NCBI GenBank assembly: GCA_013265495.1
Contig: PNXW01004639.1
Location: forward strand, 368,175 to 388,174
DNA from: Vicugna vicugna
Taxonomy: Eukaryota
DNA length: 20,000 bases
Direction: 5' to 3'
Of this stretch, positions 8,756 to 19,439 are shown in pieces. The notes beneath the pieces were generated by a model. That model did not search any database and had not been told where the DNA came from. It worked only from the letters and a program-made list of their open reading frames with translations. How positions within the stretch are numbered: the stretch's first letter is position 1; each line of letters opens with the position of its first letter. Made by a program: the position numbers and the translations under genes.

Positions 8756-11721
8756 CCTCATGTGCACATCTTGAAGGTGCGCGGAGCTTCGGAGCAGAAG
8801 CCCCTCTGAGCCCGCCGGTGTAATACATCTGAGTACTCCAACCCTCCGAGTGGTGCTTGTTTCTTGACTGGCCTGTCGTTTCCGTAACACAATGACTCAT
8901 GATAAATGTGTGCATAAACCTGAAGTGCTCTCTTGAGGCAGGTTAAACTCCTGATGTGAGTTTATTCTAAATTTCTGAAATTTTGTGTCTAAGTAGTCTG
9001 GTAGCCCTCTATAAAAAATTACACATCAACTCCTGCTGCTCAAAGATGACTTACCTAATTATAAATACAAGATTAAAGGACTTTTTTTTAGACATTTGAA
9101 TATATTTTCCGATGATAAATTCAAGCCTTTAATCAACCTGAATAAACAAATTTAAGCTTTCAAAAGCAGAGATATTAATGGTAGTCTTTAACAAAAATTC
9201 CCACCTTCTTAGAATCTGTTAGAAATGATAAAGTGCACTGGTAATAAACTTCTCAACCTAAATCACACTAATGTTTCACAAATTTGTTTGATAAGGTTAT
9301 CCATTAATTTGTGTGACAAAGATGGTTGTCATGGTAATAGCTTAAAGTTCTCAAAAACAATCCTTGTCATGTTTAAGTCAAGCAGGTGGGTCTGTTCTAT
9401 TGCAAAGCCCTTGTCTAGTTTAAAAATAACTGAAGTAAAATACAAAGAGAATTAAAATGAACATTTAGGAGTTTTTTCACAATACAGATATATAAGAAAA
9501 AAATTGAAAATCTCCAAATTTAGAAAGTCCTTTCTATTAGTGTAATCAAATATTCAGATCACTGATTTTTCCATAAGGTGCAGATTTTTATTTGGAGTGA
9601 CTGGGGGCAATGCAACTGGACCTTAGTCTGATTTGGAGAGACTGTGTTAATAAAATGGCTGAGATGTGTCTGAAAAAGAAGGCAAACAGATGAGATTATT
9701 TCTCTGGACAAAATATTTTATCTTTGATCCCCTGCCCATGCTATTTGGTTTGTCATAACTTTCCATGATGCTAACTAGGTGACTGAATGAATGTGCTTTC
9801 ATGGAAAAATGGCAGCTGCTAAAAATAATTTTTTAAAAAGGCCATACCTGAGCTGGAGTAATTTCATTATTGTGCATTCAGACAGTTTTGAAATCTGTGG
9901 AGTTCCTGCTGGGAAACAATTTTTCCTTGCTGAATGGATCATTAAAAAGTCCATTTACTATAACAAAATGCTTATTTTGACTGTGTGCCTGTATGTATAC
10001 ATATATATGAATGTGTAGATTTTTCTCTTCAACTGTGGATGCATGAATTTCATTGATAGAATTTAAAAAGAGTGAAGTAAATTTCTTAACACTAGTTTTA
10101 TTTTTTTTAATATAAGGTTGCTATGTTCAAATAGCATTTGGTAAATATCATTGCTGATAGATTTCTCTGTTAGGAAAATAAAATATAGTTCTCTTTCAAA
10201 GTGTTAGGTATATCTTATTATGTACTTGAAAGTTTCGTTAGAGCTGTATTTTTAACAACATATATTCCACATCTTAGAGTAGTAGTCATCTCTGTATTTT
10301 AAAACCAAATCCTCAAAACAAATCAGGCGTATGTGTGTAAAATGTTATGTGTACATATTTTTAATTGCTGAATAAAATACGAATATATATTATGTATTTT
10401 ACATAATCCTCACTCCTTAACAAATATTACAGTAATTTACCAATTGCTAAGGTTCAGAAAGTTAGGGTGTAGATTAAGAATAAAATTCTACTCCAAAAAG
10501 TTGCCTAGAATACCGTTTACATTTTAAGTGGAAGAAAATTCAAATATCAATGATTTATTTTTAGATGCTACACTCATAATGGAAGATATTTAGGTATTTT
10601 TAAACAAATGTCCAGAAATCCCAACAAATACACATATAATATTATTCACATGACGCTGAATGAATAAATAATTTAAATTGTCCTGAATAGCTATCCTTTC
10701 CCTTGTGTGATAGGAAATGGGAACATATTTAGTAATATCCAGATAATTCACTCAATTCCCTGTGTCTGGTATATAATTGTCAGTATTGAAATATTGAGAA
10801 GGTAGATGACTTAATTTTGGATAACTTCAAGTTCCTGTAGCCTCAAAATGAGGAAAAAGGCATAAAACCTAAATCCTAGGTGTTGCTTACGTATGTGAGG
10901 TTTTCATTACCCAGTAACAATCGTGATTGCTCTGTGCAGTGCAACCTTTAAAAATAACTTGCAGAGTGTTGATTTTCACAATTACAAATAAGTACAATTT
11001 AACTAGTAATTAAAATGGAAATGTTAACAAATGCTTTTCATTGAGGCTTCATTTGCAAGTTCAGTTGATGATCTCCGTTTGGAGGCAATCTGTCTCTCAG
11101 TCTAATCCTTATTTGAAAATTTCCCTCAGGATATTCCTTTTCTCACAAAGAAAAGTGAGTTATTTGAAACAATATTAAAGTGCAATTTTCTATACTGTTC
11201 TTTTAAAGAAATGAAACAATTATTTGCATTATGTCAGAGTATGAGCACTGGCAGAACTGATTTATTATGGCAACAACATCCTTCTCAATATATATACAAA
11301 GTTCTACTTTGTATCTACTGTCTCTGGTCTTGTCATTAGAAAATTTGGGGATGTAGTATTCACTAACGTTAACATCACCATGTTTTGGTAGTAAAAAATG
11401 TTAACTTTTTCTTGAACAATTAGAACAAATTACTTCTTTTAGCAAAGTATACATTATAACTACCACACTTTATCATTTTAGTAGACCCATGTGTGAGACT
11501 TTAATTTTGACATCTTTGTTTTTGTTATAGTCTGTAAATTTAATAATTCTCTTCTTTCAATGTATGATTTTTAAAATTATTCAAATGTTTTCTTTTGCAA
11601 GGAGAATTGATCAGTATTTTATGAAGAATGTAATCTATTATTTTCCTAATATTTTCAGTGATTCTTCTTCTGACTTGAGTCGCATCTTCTAAAATAAAAC
11701 AAATTAAATTAAGTCTTATAT

Positions 11722-12396
11722 ACATACCAGGTCAGTGTAGAAATTCCTGGTACGGTTTGGGAGCCATCCCAGTTCAGTGTTGACATGATAGGGGACTTAG
11801 CACATGTAAAAGGCTAGGGTAGAAAGCACTTGGAAAATGAGGGAACCATCTTAGTTTAATACAGACAGTCATGGGAAAACAGGGAGATGTTCAAGATCAG
11901 GGTAAAACCACTGGTGAATTCAAGAGACATCCCAAATCAGAAGAGACACTCCTGGCGAATTAATTCAAGGACAGTGACTGAACTGGGGAGTTATAGATTC
12001 AACCCAGGTCAGTGTAGACACATCCAAGGATTTAGAGATTTTCCTGGTTGGTGTACACAACCCACAAAATAAGGGCAACATCCAAGGACGGTTTAGAAAG
12101 TCCTGGGGATTACAGAGACACCCTGGGTTATAGCAGGCACACGTGGGAAGTTAGGGAGAAATCATAGTGTGCACACACCTGGGGAATTAGGACGGTGTCC
12201 GTGGTCAAACACACCTAGGGAACTGTGGAGACAACTTCTGTCAGCCTAGACACACCTGGGGAGTACGTGAAACAAACAATGTCAAGTAGAAACTTTAGGG
12301 AATTAGGGAGATAGCCAGAGGCATGGCAGACACCTCAGAGAATTAGGGAGCTCTCCCAGGCTGGGGTACACACCTGGGGTGTTAGAGACATACCAG
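11722..12396. repeat. Degenerate ~40-bp tandem array (about 16-17 units)
   Basis: Approximate unit consensus ccaggtcagtgtagacacacctggggaattagggagacatc. Examples: ccaggtcagtgtaga at 11727 and 12004; (a)cacacctgggg near 12174, 12251 and 12369; gaattagggag near 12300 and 12340. It is a G/purine-rich island in AT-rich flanks. Confidence 0.8.
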
Positions 12397-13569
12397 AAAA
12401 CAATGAACTCATTGTGAGTCTTAGGTCTTCTCTCTACTGTCAGTATTCCATATGACTTTCACTATAGAACCTATAATCACATAATGTATTGTACTTGAGG
12501 AAGACGTACTCAAGTTGGCATACTTTTTGAAAATTGTACTCACAAGGGTATTAATAGAAACAAAAAATATGAGTTGCACGGCTTTTGTGACTTTCTTTAT
12601 ATAACTACAACTCTTTAAAATTCCTTAAAAGATTCATTTTGTGTTTATATCTGGTTAATTTTAGATGTAAAAGAAATACATATCCATGGTATTTTAGAAA
12701 ACATGGTACATTTGATGGCCTATGTATGCTTTATTTTAATGTGAACGCAGAAAACCAGAGAGGTTGTTATTTTTTTCCCTTTGGAGATAAAGCAGTTGGG
12801 TAATGGATAACAAACCACCTGTCTTCTGCTTGGAGAAAGCTCTCTGGTTGCTTTGTGTTCAGAGATGCTCTCCTGGTACCCATTGGCCCGTGCTATGTTG
12901 TAAGTTAATAAAGTTACAGTCGAATGGGCTTTTTGACTGAAGTACACTTCCGAGGCTCTTTTGCCCAAAGGGTCCTCACCATTACTAAAGTCATTCCCAG
13001 TCCTCCTTTGCTGTTTTGCTTTTCTATCCTTTCTGGTGGATAAATTAATGAGAAGAGTGAAATTAACTCTTCAGTTTCAGTGCATCCCAGTCTCCAGCCA
13101 CAGTTCTGGCCCTGAAGCGAGTCATTTCCTGTCATGTTCGATAGGTCTGCAAAAGCTAAACAAAACAAAAACCCCATTTTATTAATGTAGAGAATGTTTC
13201 CAATTTGTTTGAGAGGTTCCCTCAATTTTATCTTTTTCCTTGACATGCTTTTCCTGTGGAATAAACATTTACTCTCAATTATGGCAAAATATTCATGTTT
13301 CATAGGCTATCAGTTAAATAATTTGTTGAATTTATGTATACATTTTCCTCCTTCATGTATCTAAATTTATTAATGTCTCTCAGTTTTCAAGTCGCAAATT
13401 GTTCGCTGGATTTATCTTTCCCATTTTAACCTGATTCTTATTTACTCATGACCACTAAATTTACCCAACTAGTATTACTGAGATCATTTTGGGGAAGGAT
13501 GAAGAAAGTACAACTTGAAGTACAATGTTGTACAACTTGCTTTCTTATATTCCTGCAGAAAAGTCATTG

Positions 13570-13800
13570 AAGAAAATCTGAACATTTTATAGTATCTGAT
13601 TGATTACATCAATACCTTTAGCTCTTAGCATTTTTTCTTCTTTTTTTTTCTTCCAGAGCACATCAATATATGATAATTCAGATTTATATCTTATTAAATG
13701 TGTATTTTAACATCTAACTTTCTTTCTGTAATGGGATATAACGAGTACTTTCTGATTTTGTTTTCACGACCAGTTCGTATTTATATTCCCTTGTACTCTG
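13570..13800 (-). mobile_element. Old L1 ORF2 fragment (tentative)
   Basis: T-rich stretch loosely resembling antisense L1M ORF2 (aacattttatagtatctgattgattacatcaat; ttttaacatctaactttctttctgtaatgggatata ... ccagtt). Confidence 0.35.
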
Positions 13801-13832
13801 TTGCATGAACTTTCTTCATGTTGGAATGTAGG

Positions 13833-14478
13833 TGATACAGGAAAATTGGAGTGTGAGAGGATGGTTGTGTAGAGGTCTCAGGTGAGTCCCGGGAACGTGC
13901 CCCACCAAATGAGGGTCCTTGGCTTCCAACAGGAAAGAACTCAAGATCGAGCCATAGTCAAGCAAAGGTGGATTTGTTCAGAGAGATGCACACTCCATAG
14001 ACAGAGTGCAGTCTGTCTCAGAAGGCCAGATAGGCCATGAGGTGTAGGGGTGTGTGTTTAGTTTAAAGCAAAAGTAGATACACACTCTGTAGACAGAGAG
14101 CAGGCCCTCTCAGAAGGCAAGAAAAGACCACGAGGTGCGGGATTGCTTTTTTGGGCTCAGTAGCTTCGTAAGCTAAAAAGTGGGAGGATTATTCCATCTC
14201 GTTTGGAGAAGGGGCTGGGAGTCCCAGGAGTTGGACCATCACTCACTTTTTGACCCTTTATGGTCAGCCTCAGAACTGCCATGGCACCCGTGGGAGTGCC
14301 GTTTAGCAGCTGATGTGTTACAGTGAGCGAATAATGAAGCTCAAGGTCTACTGGAAGTCAAATCTCCCGCCGTCTTGGGTCTCAGGGTCTACTGGGGGTG
14401 GAATCTTCCACCGCCTTGGTGCTCACTGCTGTGTCGTTCCTTTAATGGCTGTGCTCTTTCCCCTTCCCTCCTGTCTCA
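13833..14478 (-). mobile_element. MER41-like ERV1 solo LTR, 646 bp
   Basis: TG..CA ends with a 9/10 terminal inverted repeat (tgatacagga / tcctgtctca) and the exact 4-bp TSD TAGG (13829-13832, 14479-14482). Collinear with the recalled antisense MER41 motifs gagggtccttggc..aggaaagaactcaag, actccatagacagag, ggattattc, aactgccatggcac..gtgggagtg, ccgtcttgg. Confidence 0.88.
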
Positions 14479-14494
14479 TAGGGATCAACTAAAG

Positions 14495-14740
14495 AGTATT
14501 TATATATTGAGCATGTACTATATGTCCAGTGCTGCTGGTCACTTGGTCTTCACCTATGCAACTTCCTCCTGATGTCTTCCAAGCTGTTGTACATTTTTCT
14601 ATCTTGTTCCTACCACTATGGGTCCATTAGATCTTTTCCTTTTAATTTACCTTGTTTATTCAGTTTCTCTCCTCCAGCATGAGACCTGTCCTCTCTAAAT
14701 CTTGAGGGTGGACAGAAAGTCCATTTTAATGTGTCCTCTA
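14495..14740. mobile_element. L2 fragments
   Basis: gtatttatatattgagcatgtactatatgtccagtgctg matches an antisense L2/MIR tail. The following pyrimidine-rich part ending cttgagggtggacagaaagtcc resembles a sense L2 3' region. Confidence 0.45.
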
Positions 14741-14874
14741 TTTACTCTCCTCCTGTAGGCTCTCAGATGCGTGCATTTCTGTAGTTACTGTTTGTAAATT
14801 AAAAACAATATTTTGAGTTCTTGCTCCCAGTGACCACATAATGAATTATCATCTAAATTTTCTTCCAATTAAAT

Positions 14875-15100
14875 TTGAAGAGTCATATTATAAAACTGCC
14901 GGCTCACATCAAATTTTATGAATTCTGCTTTGAGAACCTTCTATCAGTCCTCAGCCTTTGTGTATTGTTCCTACTTGACTTTCTATTTCATTCTTCCAGA
15001 GATAACCTCTTTCTCCAGAATAATTTACGTTCTCAACTGGTGAGGGCAAAACTAATAAGGAAGGTTTAGCCTATTTTATTTGCCCTTTATGCTTCCCCAA
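14875..15100 (+). mobile_element. L2 internal (ORF2) fragment (tentative)
   Basis: agtcatattataaaactgccggctcacatcaaattttatg ... tttcattcttccagagataacctctttc loosely resembles L2 ORF2 DNA (gactggtctcactttaaattcatg). Confidence 0.35.
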
Positions 15101-15439
15101 ACTATTCATTTTAATGTTTCAATTATTCCTGGTTCTCCTATATTTTGTGCATTGGAAATCTTTTTAAAAATTGTTAAGTGAAATCACATTTTTCACAGAA
15201 AATCGCTTTTAATTTTTGTCAGTGAATGTTTCCTAAAATTAAAAAAGAATAATATCCTATACTTCCATTTCTAAATGTAGCTACATTTTTATAGTAAAAA
15301 TTTAGGCGCACAGTTACCATGAGCTGGTTAGCTGAGAGCATTCGGTATCCTGAATTGTCAAATGGGAAAGCTTTTCCCCTATAAAAGTGCCCCAATTATT
15401 TTAGCTTCCTTGATCTCTCTGCCTGTGAACCTTCACAGC

Positions 15440-15620
15440 TCTTGCAGCTTATATAATATACCTTTGTCCTAATTTTATGCTGCCTTGAATCATTTTACGT
15501 GTGTTATATTCGCCTCCTGAGATGATAAACTTTATAGGATAGAGGTTGTGTCTTTTATTTGTGCAGTCCTTATACTTCTATGATTCTGAAGGTTAAATTG
15601 TTAATAAAGAGATTGAGTTT
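15440..15620 (+). mobile_element. L2 3' end
   Basis: cctcctgagatgataaactttataggatagaggttgtgtcttttatttgtgcagtcct ... ttaataaag resembles the L2c/d terminus. Confidence 0.55.
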
Positions 15621-15724
15621 GTTAGTTGCTTAAAAGAGTTTCTCTAATTTTTAAGCAAAGAATATTTATGCCAGTGATTAACTTTTAACAATAGCACCAT
15701 AGAGATACATGCATGTTAATTTAA

Positions 15725-15790
15725 ACTTTAATTTTTATAGATAAGGAAAATTATCCAAGAAATTAAATGAATGTTGAAAGGTAATATTGC
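15725..15790 (-). mobile_element. MIR core remnant
   Basis: tttttatagataaggaaaatt..ccaagaaattaaatgaatgttgaaaggt resembles ttttacagatgaggaaactgaggcccagagaggttaagtaacttgcccaaggt. Confidence 0.45.
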
Positions 15791-17519
15791 AAAATTGTTC
15801 TGTTACCCTTTTTGGAATGGCTGCTATTTTCTACAATGGGCACTTAACACATTGTTTGTCTATTAGCATCTTTATTGGTGATTACATAGAGGTAGTCTTT
15901 TTTGTTTTGGATAAGTGACTATCTAAGCATGTATTTAAAACATACAATTTAGGCTATTTAAAATATGAAACACAGACAAATGATTCATCTCCCACCTGAC
16001 CCCAAATGTAGGTTTTTAATTACTCTAGTTATGGTAATAATGTATAACTGACAGCTGACAGTCAAATTGAATGAGAGGTTTAAACATAAAGTTTGTATTA
16101 AAGGGAAGATTTCTATGTATTTCATAACTCTTTCACATCAGATAATTATATAAAAAATTGCTTGCTAGTCTTTAACTATCAGTGTTTCTTTTTCTGTAAC
16201 CATAAATCTGTGAGCTATCAGCAAACACTGAAGTTACATTCTAATGAAAAGTTGACACTGAAATGTAAAATATTAAAATATATTTTATGTTCTCTTTATG
16301 GAACATGCACACATGCATGTAACTATTCCAGCATAGCATAACTGATTTAAAATTATGAATCTACAAACATCCTTTGGAAGGTAAAAATATATTTCAGCAA
16401 TTAATTTTTCCTAGTTTTCCTCGTAAATAAGGGTTTATCATTTTACTTTATTTGGTGGCTAAATCATAAGATTTTATAGCGATAGCTGCATTTATTATTT
16501 GCACAGTTATCTAGGCTTCGAATCATAGGCCTAATATCTAATATGTGCTCCATAATGATCTTTCCTCCTTCTGTTTGTTTCCTAGCCCGCAGAAGGACAG
16601 ATGCAATTTCATTACACAGGTTGTTGTGTTGAATAATATAAACTAGCACCTACGTTACAAGTATTTCACTATATATCTCTGTACCAGAGAAGCCAAATGC
16701 ATTTTTGTTCTCTCCAGTAGACATTTCATTCCAAAGAATCGAATGATACGTGGGAGGAAATCGGGAGAGGAGTTTGGATCACCCACTGCCTGGGGTGATG
16801 CCCTGGGGCTGGGCTGGCTGGCCACCCTCTGGCACATGCCCTTTGCAGGAAGTTGAATCAGAAGCCATAATGCTGCAGTTAGACACTAAGCAGTGATCTT
16901 TTGTTCATTAACCACACACCTCTTGACGTTGGCTCTCATTTACACAATGTCAATATGCTTCTTGCAGTTACTCTGGCTCTTCTCAAACAAACGATGACCT
17001 TTAATTGAAAGGAGAAAATAAGTTGTGATACTGTGGCAAGAGATGGCTTGTGGGATTTGAATGTATCAGAACAGAGAGTAGCTAAGGGTTTGGTGCCCAG
17101 AGGATGCTGAAGGTAGGGGAAAAAAATCAAGTAGGAAGACTGGGAAGAAGAGTGACATGCGTAATAGATTTGTAATAAATAGATCAGTAGGAAATCTACA
17201 TGGAGAAATAATAGATTAATAATGCCTGAATGTAGCATTGTCTTCCATCTTTAATTTTTATTGTGGAGAACTCAGGGTTAGCTGCTTGTAGTGGCTTCTT
17301 CCCTTTTCTTTCTGAAAATGCTGTTCGTGACTAATCAGTCATCATAACAGTGGTATGTGTCCTCAGTAGCACTTGTCCTCCTGAAAGATTACAGCATACA
17401 AAGTGTCTTGATTCACTCATTGGTTTTATTTTTCCTAAACTCTGTATAATCCCGCAGCGCAGCCTCGGGGCCTAATTATGTGATTTAAAAAATTAACTTA
17501 CCAAAAAAAATGTCCCCAC

Positions 17520-17544
17520 TTTGTTTTTGTTTTGTTTTGTTTTG
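17520..17544. repeat. (TTTTG)n microsatellite, short
   Basis: tttgtttttgttttgttttgttttg. Confidence 0.85.
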
Positions 17545-18099
17545 GGTAGATGCAAATCCTAAATGGTGTCTCTACATTGTGGAGCTGACACAGACAATAA
17601 TATAAAGGTGAGAAGGCAATAGAATCCTTGTGTTTCTCCCTTTGGTCTTTCTTCTTATTCTTTTAGGGACGAAAGAAAGAAGCTTTCCTTTTTCCCAGCA
17701 TCTGCTGTCACAATCCTGACTGATCTGCCTTGTGAAATTACCTCTAGAGTGACACAGAATTTGTACCAAGTTCAGGCAGATGACAAAACTGAGGATCAAG
17801 TAATATGCAACTGAGTAATGATTTGGAGATGCTTTTCAAAACATTAAAGGCTTCTGGGTGTTGGCCCTGGCTAGTGGTGCAGAAAACACATCAAATAGAT
17901 CAGGCCATTTTTCAATAATATTGACAAATGGTACTTGTGCTCTGAAGCCTTCCCCAACCTTCCCAGGCAGAGTAAGTGATACAGGGTCTGCTCTTATCAA
18001 AAGAAAAATTTAGCCCGATATCTGACAGTCTGAAGGATAATAAAGGATTAAAGTTACTGGATGTTTGAAATAAAAGCCATCTAAAAGTTCTGAAATATA

Positions 18100-18638
18100 G
18101 GATCCATTTTGTCCTCCTGCCACATAACAAGACACCCTGAACTGAGGGCCATCCAATGTCAACCATCATGCTTTGATTTTCTGTGTATGAGGAATAAAAA
18201 CAGCATCTCAGAAATGGTTGTCTCCATTCCACGTATGGAGCTTGGATGGACTTAGATGACAGAGGTGACACACTTCTGAGGCTGGAGGTTTCCTTACCTA
18301 TGAGTTGGGTTCCTGGGCTGGGTTGACCAGAAGACTCCCCTGGGACTGTCAACCAGGCACTTACAAGTGCTCCATGCAGCCCTGGAGTTTCACAGCACGG
18401 CTGCTGCTGTGAGGACTATGTCCTGAGGGGGAGCATCTAGAGAGCCAGGTTTCCAACAGAGCCGATGGAAACCATGCCTTCTGGGACCTCACCTTGAAAG
18501 TCACATAGCACTGCTTCCTCTGTAATCTGTAGGTCAAAGCACTCACAAGCTTACCCAAATTCGAAAGGAGAGGACAGAAACCTGATCTCCTCATGGGGGG
18601 CACGTCAAACAACTTGGACCATCTTTTAGACCATGACA
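18100..18638 (-). mobile_element. MLT1F/G/H-like ERVL-MaLR LTR
   Basis: Collinear with the antisense MLT1 consensus: ctgccacataacaagacaccc ... ttctgtgtatgaggaat ... ctccatgcagccctggagtttcacagcacggc ... gacctcaccttgaaagtcacatagca ... ggtcaaagcactcacaagc..cccaaattcgaaaggagagg ... gtcaaacaacttggaccatcttttagaccatgaca. Confidence 0.85.
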
Positions 18639-18644
18639 TTGTAA

Positions 18645-18829
18645 CTGTAGTACTTTCTCTGTACTTTTTTCATAGTCTCTCTGCAACTCTGCTCCATATT
18701 ATTTGTTGTCTCTTTCCCCCAAATGGCTATGAGCTTGTGTGATGCAAACATTATTTTTAATCTTTTAAAAAATTTTAGATTCTAACAAAATATCAACTGA
18801 AATTAAACTTACTAAAAATATTGAATGAA
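18645..18829 (+). mobile_element. L2 3' end
   Basis: ttatttgttgtctctttccccc..ggctatgagcttgtgtga ... cttactaaaaatattgaatgaa, including the L2 tail motif. Confidence 0.55.
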
Positions 18830-19195
18830 CCAAGAATGATGTTTACAAACTCATCTAGAGAAAATTAAAGACCCAGTAATTGGAGACAATCAAAATTACA
18901 TGGTTTATCTCTTATTTAAACATGGTCATTTGTATTTGAATAACTTGATAGGCATTAGTCTAGTAAAAATTCAGTCTTAAATCAGGTTATTTACACAATC
19001 TGTATTTTTTTCCCCGTATTACAATGTTTCAGAGGTTTTTTGAGATAGATATTTGAGAAGGGGACAGTCCTACCTTTTTTCTAGGGAAGTGCTGTCAAAT
19101 AAATGCCTTGTAGACAATAACAGAAAGGCTATTAGAATGTATCTTGCCCTCTCAGCAAAGATTGAAAAGTGAATTTTATTAAGAAAGTGGATCAT

Positions 19196-19403
19196 GATAT
19201 CATATTGTACATCAACTATACTTCAATTTAAAAAAAATTTTTAAAAACAATAACTGATGCAAAAAGTTATCAAGAGAAAAGTAATCTTAGAATACAATGA
19301 TTAAATTAACAACACACGAAAAATCACTAGGGAACAATAAGGACTTTAGAAGAAAACCTTTAAAATTCTATGGATTCAATCAAATCAAAATATATTTAAA
19401 AAA
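19196..19403 (+). mobile_element. Extremely 5'-truncated L1 with a probable 3' transduction, TSD-flanked
   Basis: An exact 15-bp direct repeat AAGAAAGTGGATCAT at 19181-19195 and 19404-19418, preceded by TT (TT/AAGA, L1 endonuclease-like). The insert starts with the L1 terminal motif attgtacatcaactatacttcaatt plus an A-run, continues with ~150 bp of other sequence and ends with a second A-run. Confidence 0.8.
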
Positions 19404-19439
19404 AAGAAAGTGGATCATAAGAAAAAGGAGATTGTGACT

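Larger units (their letters stand above)
8419..8889 (+). mobile_element. ERV1-class (gammaretrovirus-like) solo LTR, 471 bp
   Basis: Begins TGTGAAGG and ends GTAACA, flanked by the exact 4-bp TSD CAAT (8415-8418, 8890-8893). It has an inverted CCAAT (ATTGG 8716-8720), TATAAAA at 8749-8755, a poly(A)-signal variant AATACA at 8822-8827 and a CpG-rich R/U5. A 4-bp TSD is typical of class I ERVs. Confidence 0.9.

Noticed and set aside
8420..8809. 129-aa ORF with an internal peptide repeat (KEKLGWSNKITHKS / KERLGWANKITHKS)
   Set aside because: It lies wholly inside the solo LTR and starts at GTG. The peptide repeat simply reflects the 51-bp DNA duplication.
11722..12396. Tandem array read as a CRISPR array or immunoglobulin switch region
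   Set aside because: The whole unit is homologous between copies, so there are no unique spacers. There are no cas genes and the context is mammalian. It also lacks dense GAGCT/GGGGT pentamers and any neighbouring Ig constant exons.
12720..13303. Overlapping 82-, 129- and 74-aa ORFs
   Set aside because: Random-looking composition, with no homology I recognise and no paired splice sites.
17912..18639. 146-aa and 92-aa minus-strand ORFs
   Set aside because: They largely overlap a degraded MLT1 LTR and have no recognisable domain.
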